40,741 bases of DNA, taken from positions 1 through 40,741 of IMG/VR virus record IMGVR_UViG_3300028072_000011; one strand, 5' to 3'. Positions 14,948 to 25,122 of the stretch are shown in pieces. This DNA comes from a virus (taxonomy: Duplodnaviria; Caudoviricetes). The notes under the pieces were generated by a model. The model did not search any database and had not been told where the DNA came from. It saw only the letters and a program-made list of their open reading frames with translations. The position numbers and the translations under genes are program-made. The first letter of the stretch is position 1. Each line of letters opens with the position of its first letter.

Positions 14948-16456
14948 ATGGGGAAAATATCTATTACAGGAATTAAAGCTAGAGACGCAGCCCTAAAGGG
15001 AGCTGAATATTTAGTAAAAACTGTTGGCCAAACGCTCGGGCCATTTGGGTTAAATGTGTTATTAGAAAAAGGAGGAAGAATTACAAATGATGGGTACACT
15101 GTTTCAAAAGAATTAGCACCGGCTATTACTGACGAATTTGAAAGACGTGGTGCGTTAACTATTCACGAGGCATCTGCAAAAACTAACGATCAAGTTGGCG
15201 ATGCTACCTCATCAGCTGAAGTATTAGCAATGTCTATCGTAAAAGAGGCATTGCGTTTTTTACCTACGGAAGGTTCATTTGCTTCAAAGAAAAAGCCATC
15301 TGAAATTATTGACATGATTAGGAAAGAAAAAGAAGAAGTATTTACCAAATTAGAAAAGATGGCCAAACCAATTAAAACCGAAAAGGAATTGATTGCGTCT
15401 GCAAAAGTATCTGTGGAAGATGACGAACTGGCCGGACTGATTGGAAAAGCACAATATGCCATGGGAAAGAATGGAATTATTATTGCCGAAGAAACCAACG
15501 ACAGAAATTCAAGTGTAGATAACATTAAGGGTATTAGAATTGATAACGGATTGGGAACTTCATACATCATGAACAACCAAGAGAAGCAAAGTTTAGAAGC
15601 CGGGCAGTGCAGAACCATTCTAACCAGCTATGTATTACAGGACTTTAGACCACTAGAAAAGATTATTGACCAATTGGTTAAAAGCGGACAGCGAAATATT
15701 GTCATTGTAGCCCGAGGTTTTTCATCTGACTGCATTAGATTGGTTGTGGAAAACATCAAGAATGGCGTAAACTTTTACCCATTGAATGCACCTTACACCA
15801 ACATGAAAGAGATTATGAAAGATTTGGAAGCTGTTTTAGGCGGAAGATTTATTGACACCGAAGAAGGCAGGTTGGAAGACATTACGTTGGCTGACGTAGG
15901 TTATTGTTCAAAGGTTATTGCTAAAAGATATGACGCCATTATTGCCGGTGAAGAAAATAACCTAACCAAAGCGAATGTTGAATTGCGTGTTGAAGCATTA
16001 GAAAAAGAGTTGAAAGGTGAAACTTCTGACTTTGCAAAGAAAGCTTTAGAAGCCCGAATATCACAATTGACTAATGGTTTTTCAGTATTGAAAGTTGGTG
16101 CTGATACCGAAGTTGAACGCAAGAGAAAGAAAGACAAGTGCGATGATGCCGTAAACGCAGTGCGTTTGGCTTACCAAGGAGGAACTGTAAAAGGTGCAGG
16201 ATTGGCCTTTAAGGAAATTTCAGACGGCATGCCGGAAACCTCTATTTTGAAGCGACCATTGAATTCAATTTACGAGCAGATCATGTCATCTGCACCGGAA
16301 GGATTTGTTGTAGAAGAATGGGTACGGGATCCGCTATTAGTATTAAAGGCCGCATTAGAAAATGCATGTAGTGTAGCTGGAGTGTTTGCTATGATTAACG
16401 GAATTGTGTGTGAAGAAAATCCAACCACATGCAGTTGTTCTAAAGCACAAGAGTAA
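14948..16456 (+). CDS. groEL: Phage-encoded GroEL-like chaperonin
   Basis: TLGPFGLNVLLE, ITNDGYTV, TNDQVGDATSSA, GIRIDNG, LKVGADTEVE...KDKCDDAVNA, DPLLVLKAALENACSVAG. Confidence 0.92.
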   Translation: MGKISITGIKARDAALKGAEYLVKTVGQTLGPFGLNVLLEKGGRITNDGYTVSKELAPAITDEFERRGALTIHEASAKTNDQVGDATSSAEVLAMSIVKEALRFLPTEGSFASKKKPSEIIDMIRKEKEEVFTKLEKMAKPIKTEKELIASAKVSVEDDELAGLIGKAQYAMGKNGIIIAEETNDRNSSVDNIKGIRIDNGLGTSYIMNNQEKQSLEAGQCRTILTSYVLQDFRPLEKIIDQLVKSGQRNIVIVARGFSSDCIRLVVENIKNGVNFYPLNAPYTNMKEIMKDLEAVLGGRFIDTEEGRLEDITLADVGYCSKVIAKRYDAIIAGEENNLTKANVELRVEALEKELKGETSDFAKKALEARISQLTNGFSVLKVGADTEVERKRKKDKCDDAVNAVRLAYQGGTVKGAGLAFKEISDGMPETSILKRPLNSIYEQIMSSAPEGFVVEEWVRDPLLVLKAALENACSVAGVFAMINGIVCEENPTTCSCSKAQE

Positions 16457-16609
16457 TATGTTTTTATCTTTCAGTAAAGCTATTTGGAAAATTGATATTT
16501 TATTCAATTGGACTGAGCAAGAGATAGAAAATGCTGATGAATATGGTTACATTGGCACAAAGTATGGCATAGATTGCTATATTAATAAGTTACTTAAGGT
16601 TACTAGCAA

Positions 16610-16750
16610 ATGAGTAAATTATACATATTGTATATTATCTTAATTGTCCTTGCCGTAATATTTTTAATATGGTGGATACCATATCAGTATCACGATTGCA
16701 TAAGAGTTGGGCATACAATCCCTTACTGTTTATTGCAGGCAGGAAAATAA
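16610..16750 (+). CDS. Small membrane protein (46 aa)
   Basis: MSKLYILYIILIVLAVIFLIWWIPYQYHDC...; ATGA-coupled to the short ORF 16457-16613. Confidence 0.55.
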   Translation: MSKLYILYIILIVLAVIFLIWWIPYQYHDCIRVGHTIPYCLLQAGK

Positions 16751-16807
16751 TATGTTTATCGTAGCCAAAGACTGTTAATAATTAGAAGATTGTGAAATAA
16801 TAAGTTC

Positions 16808-17173
16808 ATGGAAGATAAACAAGATAAAACTAGTCCCAAACTAGCACGAGATGAGAACGGAAGATTAATAGGTGGACAAGAGAGTTTGAACCCTTTAGGA
16901 AGGCCTAAGGGTTCTATTAGCATTAAAGATAAAGTGCGGCAATACTTAGAAAGTCATCCTGACGAAGTTGAAAAAATAGTTGAGCATTTTGTAAAAACTA
17001 ATCGTGAGCTTATGTGGCAAATGCTTGAAGGACGGCCTTATCAAGATATTGTTTCAGGAGGAGAAAAATTGCCCACACCTATCTTAAATGTATTCACAAA
17101 CCACAGCGACAACCAAGATAAGCCAAATGACCAAAAGGATCCGGGCGGTTCAGGGGGGAACATCAGCGAGTAA
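16808..17173 (+). CDS. terS: Terminase small subunit
   Basis: RDENGRL...SLNPLGRPKGS motif; directly upstream of and overlapping terL. Confidence 0.75.
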   Translation: MEDKQDKTSPKLARDENGRLIGGQESLNPLGRPKGSISIKDKVRQYLESHPDEVEKIVEHFVKTNRELMWQMLEGRPYQDIVSGGEKLPTPILNVFTNHSDNQDKPNDQKDPGGSGGNISE

Positions 17174-18251
17174 AACGGTATCTATTATTCTTTGGTTAAT
17201 TGCTTTAGCACAGTCAGATACACAGCCTACTGTTACTTCAATAGTTTCAGAGACTTTTCCACACTTAAAAAAAGGAGCAATACGTGACTTTCTTTCCATA
17301 ATGGAAGAGCATGGATATTTCAAATTTAAGCGTTGGAATAAAACAGAGTCAACGTATATTTTTGAAACGGGAAGTAAAATAGAATTCTTTTCAGCAGATC
17401 AACCGGGTAAGGTGCGTGGACCAAGGAGAGACCGGCTATTTATTAATGAGGCTAATAACATTCCGTACGAAGTTTTTGATCAACTAGAAGTTAGAACTAA
17501 AGATGTTATTTACTTAGATTGGAACCCAACGAATGAATTTTGGTTTTATGACAGAGTGGCTAATCGTGAGGACTGTGAACACATCATTTTAACTTATAAA
17601 GATAACGAAGCACTGGATGCTAGTATTGTAAATTCAATTGAACAACGAAAAGACCGCAAAGGCTGGTGGCAGGTTTATGGGTTAGGCCAATTGGGTGACG
17701 TTGAAGGAAAGATTTATACTGACTGGCAGATAATTGATTTCATACCGCATGAAGCGCAGTTAAGAATTAGAGGTTTGGACTTTGGATATTCAAACGATCC
17801 AACAGCAATTATAGATGTTTATCGCTTTAATGGCGGTTTTATTTTAGATGAACTTTTATATCGCAAAGGGTTGAGTAATAAACAAATTGCTGATTTCATT
17901 TTGAATTTGCCTGACGTTTTGACAGTTGCTGATAGTGCAGAGCCAAAGAGCATTGATGAAATAGCTATGTATGGCGTTAAGATATTACCGGCCATTAAGG
18001 GTAAAGGATCAGTAAGCGCAGGCATTCAGTTCTTACAACAACAAAGAATATCAATTACTAAACGAAGTGTTAATCTGATTAAGGAATATCGTAATTACAT
18101 GTGGCAGACTGATAAGGACGGAAGAATAATTAATACGCCAGAGGACATGTTCAATCATCTTATGGATGCAACCCGTTATGCATTGGGTTCTATGATGGCA
18201 CCCGATGAATTTGTTTCAGAGGCAACGGTAACAATACACGATGTAGAATGA
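17088..18251 (+). CDS. terL: Terminase large subunit (PBSX/Terminase_3 type)
   Basis: QGGTSASKT Walker A, LFINEAN Walker B, LDWNP, GLDFGYSNDPTA, NHLMDATRYA. Confidence 0.95.
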   Translation: MYSQTTATTKISQMTKRIRAVQGGTSASKTVSIILWLIALAQSDTQPTVTSIVSETFPHLKKGAIRDFLSIMEEHGYFKFKRWNKTESTYIFETGSKIEFFSADQPGKVRGPRRDRLFINEANNIPYEVFDQLEVRTKDVIYLDWNPTNEFWFYDRVANREDCEHIILTYKDNEALDASIVNSIEQRKDRKGWWQVYGLGQLGDVEGKIYTDWQIIDFIPHEAQLRIRGLDFGYSNDPTAIIDVYRFNGGFILDELLYRKGLSNKQIADFILNLPDVLTVADSAEPKSIDEIAMYGVKILPAIKGKGSVSAGIQFLQQQRISITKRSVNLIKEYRNYMWQTDKDGRIINTPEDMFNHLMDATRYALGSMMAPDEFVSEATVTIHDVE

Positions 18252-18436
18252 ATTATATTATTTGCAAATGTGGCATACGATTAAATGCCGATGAGATGGA
18301 CACTAATCATTGTCCCGTTTGCGAAGATGTGGTTATTAAAGAAAAAAGAAAAAGCTTTATCACTGAAAAAAGGCGTGAAGTTTGGAGGTTGAGCCAAAGA
18401 AAACACCGCAAGAAGTATAAGGGATTGTTGACATGA
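18248..18436 (+). CDS. Small basic Zn-finger protein
   Basis: CKCG...CPVC followed by an R/K-rich tail; ATGA-coupled. Confidence 0.55.
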   Translation: MNYIICKCGIRLNADEMDTNHCPVCEDVVIKEKRKSFITEKRREVWRLSQRKHRKKYKGLLT

Positions 18437-18458
18437 CATTTTAGTATATAATAAATCT
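18425..18458 (+). promoter_or_regulatory. Promoter for the head morphogenesis operon
   Basis: TTGTTGACAT...ATATAATAAATCT, same motif and spacing as 5669-5702. Confidence 0.7.
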
Positions 18459-18474
18459 GAACAATAAAAATTCT

Positions 18475-20526
18475 ATGATTGGAGCTCAAGTTACAAGTTC
18501 TAAAGATGGTGAGCCACTAGACCGAAATGGTGGTAAACTTTCTGTTTCAGGCTATACGCCACCACCAGAAATTGTTAAATTATTTTCACGATGCCAAGAC
18601 GATTATAATCGAGCTTGGCGTTTGCAACATAGGGGGTTTGATGAATTTGATGGATACTCATTACTAGAACGTGCAAGATTAGATCAGCAAACGTTTGGTG
18701 CATACGTAGGAATTGTCCAAACAGGCAAAGGTAATTGGCGTTGGAAAGGTAGAAAGAATACGGCACGAAATAAAGTTATTGGAATGTTGGCTCACATGTT
18801 AGCCGGGCTTTTGTTTCCATACTGCTATGCGTACAATGAAGACGATGAAGAAGATAAAATGACCGCCGCTGTTATGCGGATTTTAATTGAGAACCATTTG
18901 AAGAAGGCCAGTTATGAAATTAAGTTTTTGTTTATGGTTTGTTCGGCCTTAGTAAATCCAGCCATTCACGTTGAAATTGAATACGTTGAAGCATTACAGA
19001 AAATTAAGGTTAAGGGTGACGATGGAAAGTGGGCCATTGAAGAAGCAGTTGATGAAGTACTATCAGGCATTGGATTACACATTTTGCCAATAGACCAAAT
19101 ATTGCCATTTGATTTTTTCACTAATGCCGTACAACGACAATCAGGATATGTAAAGGTACGCCGCATTTCATGGGATGAAGCACGAAGCATTTACAAGGGC
19201 AAGCATTTTTATAATGGCGTTGATCAGTTTGATTTTGTACAAGCAGGCAAAACAAGAATAGTTATGGCCGGCCAAGAACATCAAACACTGTATGATATTG
19301 AATGGACCGAAGCAGATGTGAATATGGTCCAAGAGCTGACGTTTTATTACAGGCCCGAAGATTTAGAAGTTACATGGGTTGGTGGTGTATTCATGGGCGA
19401 CTATGAAGACCCATACAATTCAAATCCATTTAAGCACCGCAGAATGTCCATGATTGGAAATAAATGGTTGAGCATACCAATTTATCCATTTGCTAAAAGC
19501 GGATTTGAACCCATTGACCCAGCCGGAAGATTTTATTACTACAAGTCAGCGTGTTTCAAAGAGTTTTGGGACGATGCCGCACAAAACAAAATGCACCAGT
19601 TAGCTTTTGATGGCACTGCATTGGATGTTATGAAGCCGGTGTTTATGAGCGGCGTGGCAAGGATTGATTCAACTGTTATGGTCCCGGGGGCAACTGTTTC
19701 AATGCCAGCTGGAGCACAGGTAAATCCGTATCAGTTAGGGCCAAACTTAGCGGCCGCATTGCAAATGATGAAAGGTGAAACGGACGATATGTCTGAAAGC
19801 ACGCAAGATAAGATTTCAAGCGGAGTAGCACAGCCGGGAGTTACTGCTTATGCAGTTTCAAAAGCAGAACAGAATGCACAAGTTATTTTAGGCGTATTGG
19901 GAACCATGACTGCTGACTTAGTAAAACAAGTTGGCGAATTAGTCATGGACGATATTATTATGCACACGACCGTTGGCGAAGTTGATGCATCTGTTCCTGA
20001 AAGTTTGAAGATGAGGTATAAGACTATGATTTCAAAAGGCAAGGAAGCCGGAAAGGATGTCACCAACAAAATTATGTTCTCAACTGATATGACTGCATTG
20101 AATACTATGTTGAGCAAAGATGAAGCCATTAAAAAAGCCAATGAAATGGAATGGGATATGTTTGAGAAAGCTGGCGGAATGGAAAGCACTCAAAGGAATT
20201 ATTTAGTTGACCCATACAAGTTTGCACGCCACCGATTTAGCGTATTCATTGACCCAAGCATGATGATTTCAAGAAGTATGGGAACTGACCAATTGAGAAA
20301 GGAACGGGCATTTAACATTTTAATGGACCCACGTGTAGCGCCATTCGTTAACCAAGAAGCCGTAGTTGATAAGTTTGTATTGGAAGAATACTCTGACGGC
20401 GACCCTGACCAATTCAAAAAGACACAACAGCAGAAAGATGAAATGTTAAATAGTATTATGGGCCAGCAACCGGGAGGCGGAGCACCAGCTCAACAGCAAC
20501 CCGTTGGAGCTGCGGTCGGACAATAA
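18475..20526 (+). CDS. Portal protein (podovirus-type)
   Basis: 683 aa directly after terL; helical; TAYAV..AEQNA motif and Q-rich C-terminus. Confidence 0.8.
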   Translation: MIGAQVTSSKDGEPLDRNGGKLSVSGYTPPPEIVKLFSRCQDDYNRAWRLQHRGFDEFDGYSLLERARLDQQTFGAYVGIVQTGKGNWRWKGRKNTARNKVIGMLAHMLAGLLFPYCYAYNEDDEEDKMTAAVMRILIENHLKKASYEIKFLFMVCSALVNPAIHVEIEYVEALQKIKVKGDDGKWAIEEAVDEVLSGIGLHILPIDQILPFDFFTNAVQRQSGYVKVRRISWDEARSIYKGKHFYNGVDQFDFVQAGKTRIVMAGQEHQTLYDIEWTEADVNMVQELTFYYRPEDLEVTWVGGVFMGDYEDPYNSNPFKHRRMSMIGNKWLSIPIYPFAKSGFEPIDPAGRFYYYKSACFKEFWDDAAQNKMHQLAFDGTALDVMKPVFMSGVARIDSTVMVPGATVSMPAGAQVNPYQLGPNLAAALQMMKGETDDMSESTQDKISSGVAQPGVTAYAVSKAEQNAQVILGVLGTMTADLVKQVGELVMDDIIMHTTVGEVDASVPESLKMRYKTMISKGKEAGKDVTNKIMFSTDMTALNTMLSKDEAIKKANEMEWDMFEKAGGMESTQRNYLVDPYKFARHRFSVFIDPSMMISRSMGTDQLRKERAFNILMDPRVAPFVNQEAVVDKFVLEEYSDGDPDQFKKTQQQKDEMLNSIMGQQPGGGAPAQQQPVGAAVGQ

Positions 20527-20615
20527 TATGAGCAAAAATAAATTAAAACAAAAGTTGAGGAAGCAACATGAGTTACGAAACAAAATTGCTTTATTAAAAC
20601 TTATAACAAAAAACC

Positions 20616-20903
20616 ATGATAACCAAAGGAAAGGAAATGTTAAAGCAAGCGTTTAATTCAAAGAAGAAACGCAAAAGCACAACTGGATATCCATTAAGAG
20701 ACCCAAATGGTGCAAAACCTATGGGAGACCCACAGTTGGATATGCGAACGTGGAAGCCACCAGTTAAGACTGCACCGGCACCACGATCAGGAAGCCCAAG
20801 ACCGCCATTTACACCGGGAGCACGATTTGCCAAGAAGAAAGGTGGCAAGAATAAGAAAAAGGTAATGTGCAAGAAAAATCACAAGCACACTAAAATGTGT
20901 TAA
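20616..20903 (+). CDS. Highly basic Lys/Pro-rich protein
   Basis: KKKRK and KKKGGKNKKK runs; GKEMLKQAF motif. Confidence 0.6.
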   Translation: MITKGKEMLKQAFNSKKKRKSTTGYPLRDPNGAKPMGDPQLDMRTWKPPVKTAPAPRSGSPRPPFTPGARFAKKKGGKNKKKVMCKKNHKHTKMC

Positions 20904-20908
20904 AAGTT

Positions 20909-21328
20909 ATGCCATTTGTATCAAAAGCACAACGTAGATGGATGTATGCGAATAAGCCCGGGATGGCACAAAAATGGGAAGACCATACGCCCAATGGTGC
21001 CAAGTTACCCGAACACGTAAAAGCCAAGAAGAAAAAGAAAAGAAAGACGGGCAAGCAAATGTTAAAGGCCGCATTCATTCCAAAGAAGTACAAAGGGTAT
21101 AAAGTGAAGGTCGACAACAAGATGAAGTGGTTTGGCGACACCGATGTTGATAAGAAAATTATTCGTATCAACAAAAAGAAGTCGATAAAGCATGGTGGTC
21201 ACATGGAGTTAAAGGATACGGTGTTTCACGAAAAGTATCACGCCGCACATCCTAAAGCTTTAGAAAAGACCACATACAAGAAGACAAGGCAATATATTAA
21301 AAAATTAAAAAAGAAAAATCATGTTTAG
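20909..21328 (+). CDS. Highly basic protein with an HExxH motif
   Basis: MPFVSKAQRRWMYAN start, KKKKKRK, GKQMLKAAF, TVFHEKYHA. Confidence 0.65.
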   Translation: MPFVSKAQRRWMYANKPGMAQKWEDHTPNGAKLPEHVKAKKKKKRKTGKQMLKAAFIPKKYKGYKVKVDNKMKWFGDTDVDKKIIRINKKKSIKHGGHMELKDTVFHEKYHAAHPKALEKTTYKKTRQYIKKLKKKNHV

Positions 21329-21431
21329 TGACATAGAAAACTTATCAGAAGAAGACGAAGAAGTAGTAGGCGATGAAGAAGAAACTGACGAAGATGAGGG
21401 TACTGCTGGTGATGAAGCCGAAGCAGTATAA
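21321..21431 (+). CDS. Extremely acidic 36-aa peptide
   Basis: MFSDIENLSEEDEEVVGDEEETDEDEGTAGDEAEAV. Confidence 0.55.
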   Translation: MFSDIENLSEEDEEVVGDEEETDEDEGTAGDEAEAV

Positions 21432-21449
21432 TTAAATAAAAACAATATT

Positions 21450-21596
21450 ATGGTACAAGAACCAAAAGCAAAACTAAAGAATTCCAAGCCGGGCCATGGC
21501 ATGAAATTGCACAAGTACATTGCTACGGGCGGAAACCCAAAGCAGTTTAAGGGTGCAGTTGCAAACGCTGTTGCTACGAGGGGTAACAAAAAATGA
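21450..21596 (+). CDS. Small basic protein (48 aa)
   Basis: MVQEPKAKLKNSKPGHGMKLHKYIATGGNPKQFKG... Confidence 0.55.
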   Translation: MVQEPKAKLKNSKPGHGMKLHKYIATGGNPKQFKGAVANAVATRGNKK

Positions 21597-21760
21597 CCAT
21601 GTATAATTGGGCTGTCAATAAAGACAAATTAAATAGGGCAATCAAAATGGCTGAAAGCAAAGATGAAGAAAAGATTAAAGAATGCTATATTAAATTAGGA
21701 GGACTTGTTGTAGAACCGGCTAAACGAAAAAACAAAGATGCTAAAAAAGATAACGACTAA
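21593..21760 (+). CDS. Hypothetical protein (55 aa)
   Basis: ATGA-coupled; MTMYNWAVNKDKLNRAIK...YIKLGGL. Confidence 0.55.
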   Translation: MTMYNWAVNKDKLNRAIKMAESKDEEKIKECYIKLGGLVVEPAKRKNKDAKKDND

Positions 21761-22121
21761 ACTTTCAATATGGCTTATCAAGCGAAGTAAATTGTCTTTG
21801 GAACAAAAAGCACAAATTACTTCTGCCTTATTAGAAAACATTGGAGCATTGCCCATTCGGGACGTTATAGAATTTGACTATGAAGGTACTATCAAAGTGG
21901 GAGGGCAGGCAATTGACATGGAAAAAGCCATTTTGATTAAGACCGGAGCCAAAGCATTGCGAGATAATTTTACAAGGAAAGTGTTGCGTGACCAAATGAA
22001 GTATAACGCATTGATGTTATCAGTCACCGGCACTAACATTGAACAGATTATGTTTGCCAAAGCCGCCAATTGGGTACTGCTTCAAGAAGAGGAGTTATTA
22101 AAAAAGTTAGACGAAAGTTAG
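21738..22121 (+). CDS. Hypothetical head-module protein
   Basis: 127 aa ORF between portal and scaffold. Confidence 0.65.
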   Translation: MLKKITTKLSIWLIKRSKLSLEQKAQITSALLENIGALPIRDVIEFDYEGTIKVGGQAIDMEKAILIKTGAKALRDNFTRKVLRDQMKYNALMLSVTGTNIEQIMFAKAANWVLLQEEELLKKLDES

Positions 22122-22135
22122 GCAATTCCTGCCAA

Positions 22136-22211
22136 AGTAATTAGTTCAGTTTGATGTTCCGTCCTGCCCTCGCAGGATCCCTATACGGAACATCAGCCCG
22201 AGCTAATTACT
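22136..22211 (+). other. Long imperfect RNA stem-loop upstream of scaffold
   Basis: agtaattagttcagtttgatgttccgt pairs with acggaacatcagcccgagctaattact. Confidence 0.8.
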
Positions 22212-22293
22212 GTCAAAAGGAAATTAGTTTGCCCACCGCTGGGGCCTTAACAGCGATAAGATCCTGCACCGCACGCAGAGAGTGCGACAAAAC

Positions 22294-22962
22294 ATGACAA
22301 CAGTCATAAAAGAGGAAGATTTGAAAGATAAAGAGGTCCCACCTTCCGAGACCGAAGAGCAAAAGAAAGTCGGAGACGAAAACGAAGCCAAAGGGCTTAA
22401 TCGTGACGGATCCGCAAAAGAGCAAGACCCTTTGAAAATTGAACTTGAGAAGGTCAAGAAAGGCGGCCGAACCAAAAAGGAAAAGCTTATCTATACCAAA
22501 AAACGTATTGAAGAGCAATTATCCGAATTGGATGAGGACGGCGGTGCAAACACCGATAATGATGAAGATGACGATGACGACAAGCCACTCACAAAAGGTG
22601 AATTCAAAAAGATGCAACAGCAAAATGCAACTAAAAGTGCATTACAACTTGCTGAAGATATTGAGAATGAAACCGAACGTGAACTTGCCAAATGGCATCT
22701 TCAAAATACCATTCGTTCTACGGGTAACCCCAAAGAAGACCTAAGACTGGCCATGAACCAAGTCAACGCTGTTAAGAATTCAAAAATTCTTGAAGAGTTG
22801 GGTAGGAAAGGAAAGCCAAAGCCAAATTCAACGCAATCATCTGCACCCGGCACCTTTACAGGTGATCAGGATGAAGAATTGACAGCCGATGAAGCGGCCT
22901 TTATGAAGCCACCCTTTAACATGACCAAGGAGCAAATTCTCAAGACTAGGACCAAGTCGTAA
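22294..22962 (+). CDS. Capsid scaffolding protein
   Basis: Charged, acidic, low-complexity and helical; lies before the capsid genes; ELTADEAAF...MTKEQI C-terminus. Confidence 0.7.
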   Translation: MTTVIKEEDLKDKEVPPSETEEQKKVGDENEAKGLNRDGSAKEQDPLKIELEKVKKGGRTKKEKLIYTKKRIEEQLSELDEDGGANTDNDEDDDDDKPLTKGEFKKMQQQNATKSALQLAEDIENETERELAKWHLQNTIRSTGNPKEDLRLAMNQVNAVKNSKILEELGRKGKPKPNSTQSSAPGTFTGDQDEELTADEAAFMKPPFNMTKEQILKTRTKS

Positions 22963-23007
22963 GGTTCTATTCAAATGGTTTTGTAAAATTAACTAATTTA
23001 CAAAATC

Positions 23008-23481
23008 ATGTTAGATGATATTACAATCGTACATGAGCTTGATCCACGATGGAGCAAAACTCCTATCGTAGCTTCAGGTGTGGCCGCTTCTATCAATAGA
23101 GGCGAACCTACTAAAGCTGGGTCAGCAGGAGCTGTTGCCATTATGGTGGACGGCGATGGTACAACCTCACAAAGGTTTACCGGAATTGCAAAAGCTCAAT
23201 CTACTGATACCGTTGCCGCCGCAGGCACCGTAGTACTTTGGCTTCCATTGCCAGGTATTGTTTATGCGGCAAAAGCGAAGTCAGCCGCCGCCGCTGACAC
23301 TCAGGCAGAAGTTGATGCACTCTTTTACAAGAGAGTTGTACTTGACTTAACTTCAAGCGTGTGGACAGTCGACACAGCCGCTTCAGATGCCGCTACCAAT
23401 GGAATTATTATTACTGGAGGTGATTACAGAACTTCAACTGTATACTTCTACGTATCTCCACAGGTAACCTTCTTATTCTAA
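23008..23481 (+). CDS. Head decoration/cement protein
   Basis: Ala/Thr/Gly-rich beta protein directly upstream of the major capsid gene. Confidence 0.6.
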   Translation: MLDDITIVHELDPRWSKTPIVASGVAASINRGEPTKAGSAGAVAIMVDGDGTTSQRFTGIAKAQSTDTVAAAGTVVLWLPLPGIVYAAKAKSAAAADTQAEVDALFYKRVVLDLTSSVWTVDTAASDAATNGIIITGGDYRTSTVYFYVSPQVTFLF

Positions 23482-23547
23482 TTAACTTGATGAGAATGAA
23501 AGTTTACTACTCTTAATGAATAGTAAAAACAAATTCAAATCCCTATT

Positions 23548-24483
23548 ATGGATCAGAATTCAGCCCCAAATCTAATCCTCGTCAAGACAGCTTTAGATAA
23601 GTTGTTCGACGAAGCAACAATTGAACAGGCAGTAGAAGGCAAAGCCGTCGCTACCGATCCAATTGTATTTACCCAAGACTCTGCTAACAACGCCGCTGTT
23701 GTAAGTTCAGTCATTGGAGGTGGTGGATATTTCGGAAAAACATTAGATGACGTGTCTCAGACAAAGTCAGCTAATGTAGCCGCCGCCGCACCTAAGACCA
23801 CGCTAATTGCACAGTTCAAGAAAGATTTGCCTATCAGCAGAACTTTTATGGCTGACCAGCAATTGAGTGCTGTGTCTAAGGCCGTCCGACAACAGTCATT
23901 AACATGGCAAGCTTCACAGCAACAGAATGCATTTGCAATCTATGCTAACGGGTTTGTCAGCACCTACAATACCACTATTGATGGTGTAGCATTGTTCTCA
24001 AATTCACACACCAACGAAAATGGTGACACTGTGGATAACCTAGAGACCGGTGTTTTGACTGACACGAACTTGAACGTTGTGATTAACTCATTAAGACTTC
24101 AGTTGTCACAAACTGGCGTTATTATGGGTTATGAGCCAAAGTTCTTGCTTACTCCTTCAATTTTGCACCAGACCGGAATGTCAGTTGCAAAGTCAGTATT
24201 GAGAGCCGGAACCGGAAACAACGACCTCAACTACTGGTCAGAAATGTACCCAGGCATGAAAGTTGTTTACTCACCTTTCCTTGATGGTACTTCTACCACT
24301 GCATACTTTGTTGGTTCTTCAACCCATGGAGTATACAGGTTCGAGAGAGAAGCATTCTTTACTGACTTGATCGATTGGAGGACAAATCCAAACGACATGT
24401 ACATGTACAAGATGCGAGCTCGAGAAGAAGTTGACTGCATTGAGTATTCAGGGTTAGTTGGTTCACAAGGAACCACAGCATAG
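23548..24483 (+). CDS. Major capsid protein (HK97 fold, Mu gpT-like)
   Basis: DGVALFSNSH, EPKFLLTP..L, VVYSPFL...TAYF, ends GLVGSQG. Confidence 0.85.
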   Translation: MDQNSAPNLILVKTALDKLFDEATIEQAVEGKAVATDPIVFTQDSANNAAVVSSVIGGGGYFGKTLDDVSQTKSANVAAAAPKTTLIAQFKKDLPISRTFMADQQLSAVSKAVRQQSLTWQASQQQNAFAIYANGFVSTYNTTIDGVALFSNSHTNENGDTVDNLETGVLTDTNLNVVINSLRLQLSQTGVIMGYEPKFLLTPSILHQTGMSVAKSVLRAGTGNNDLNYWSEMYPGMKVVYSPFLDGTSTTAYFVGSSTHGVYRFEREAFFTDLIDWRTNPNDMYMYKMRAREEVDCIEYSGLVGSQGTTA

Positions 24484-24497
24484 TATTAACCGCCTTT

Positions 24498-24525
24498 CCG
24501 TATGGTAACAACTGTTACCATACGG
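24498..24525 (+). other. Perfect hairpin after the capsid gene (terminator/stabiliser)
   Basis: ccgtatggtaaca-ac-tgttaccatacgg; no U-tract. Confidence 0.65.
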
Positions 24526-24538
24526 GGGCTCCAAAGCA

Positions 24539-25041
<503 letters not shown>

Positions 25042-25047
25042 CTAGGA

Positions 25048-25097
25048 ATGTTTATCTACTCATCCCTTTTCTAGAGAGGGATGAGATAGGTAAACAT
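25048..25097 (+). other. Long hairpin after the head-fibre gene
   Basis: atgtttatctactcatccctttt pairs with gagagggatgagataggtaaacat. Confidence 0.65.
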
Positions 25098-25122
25098 AAT
25101 AGTATTAAAAAATTAAAAAAAC

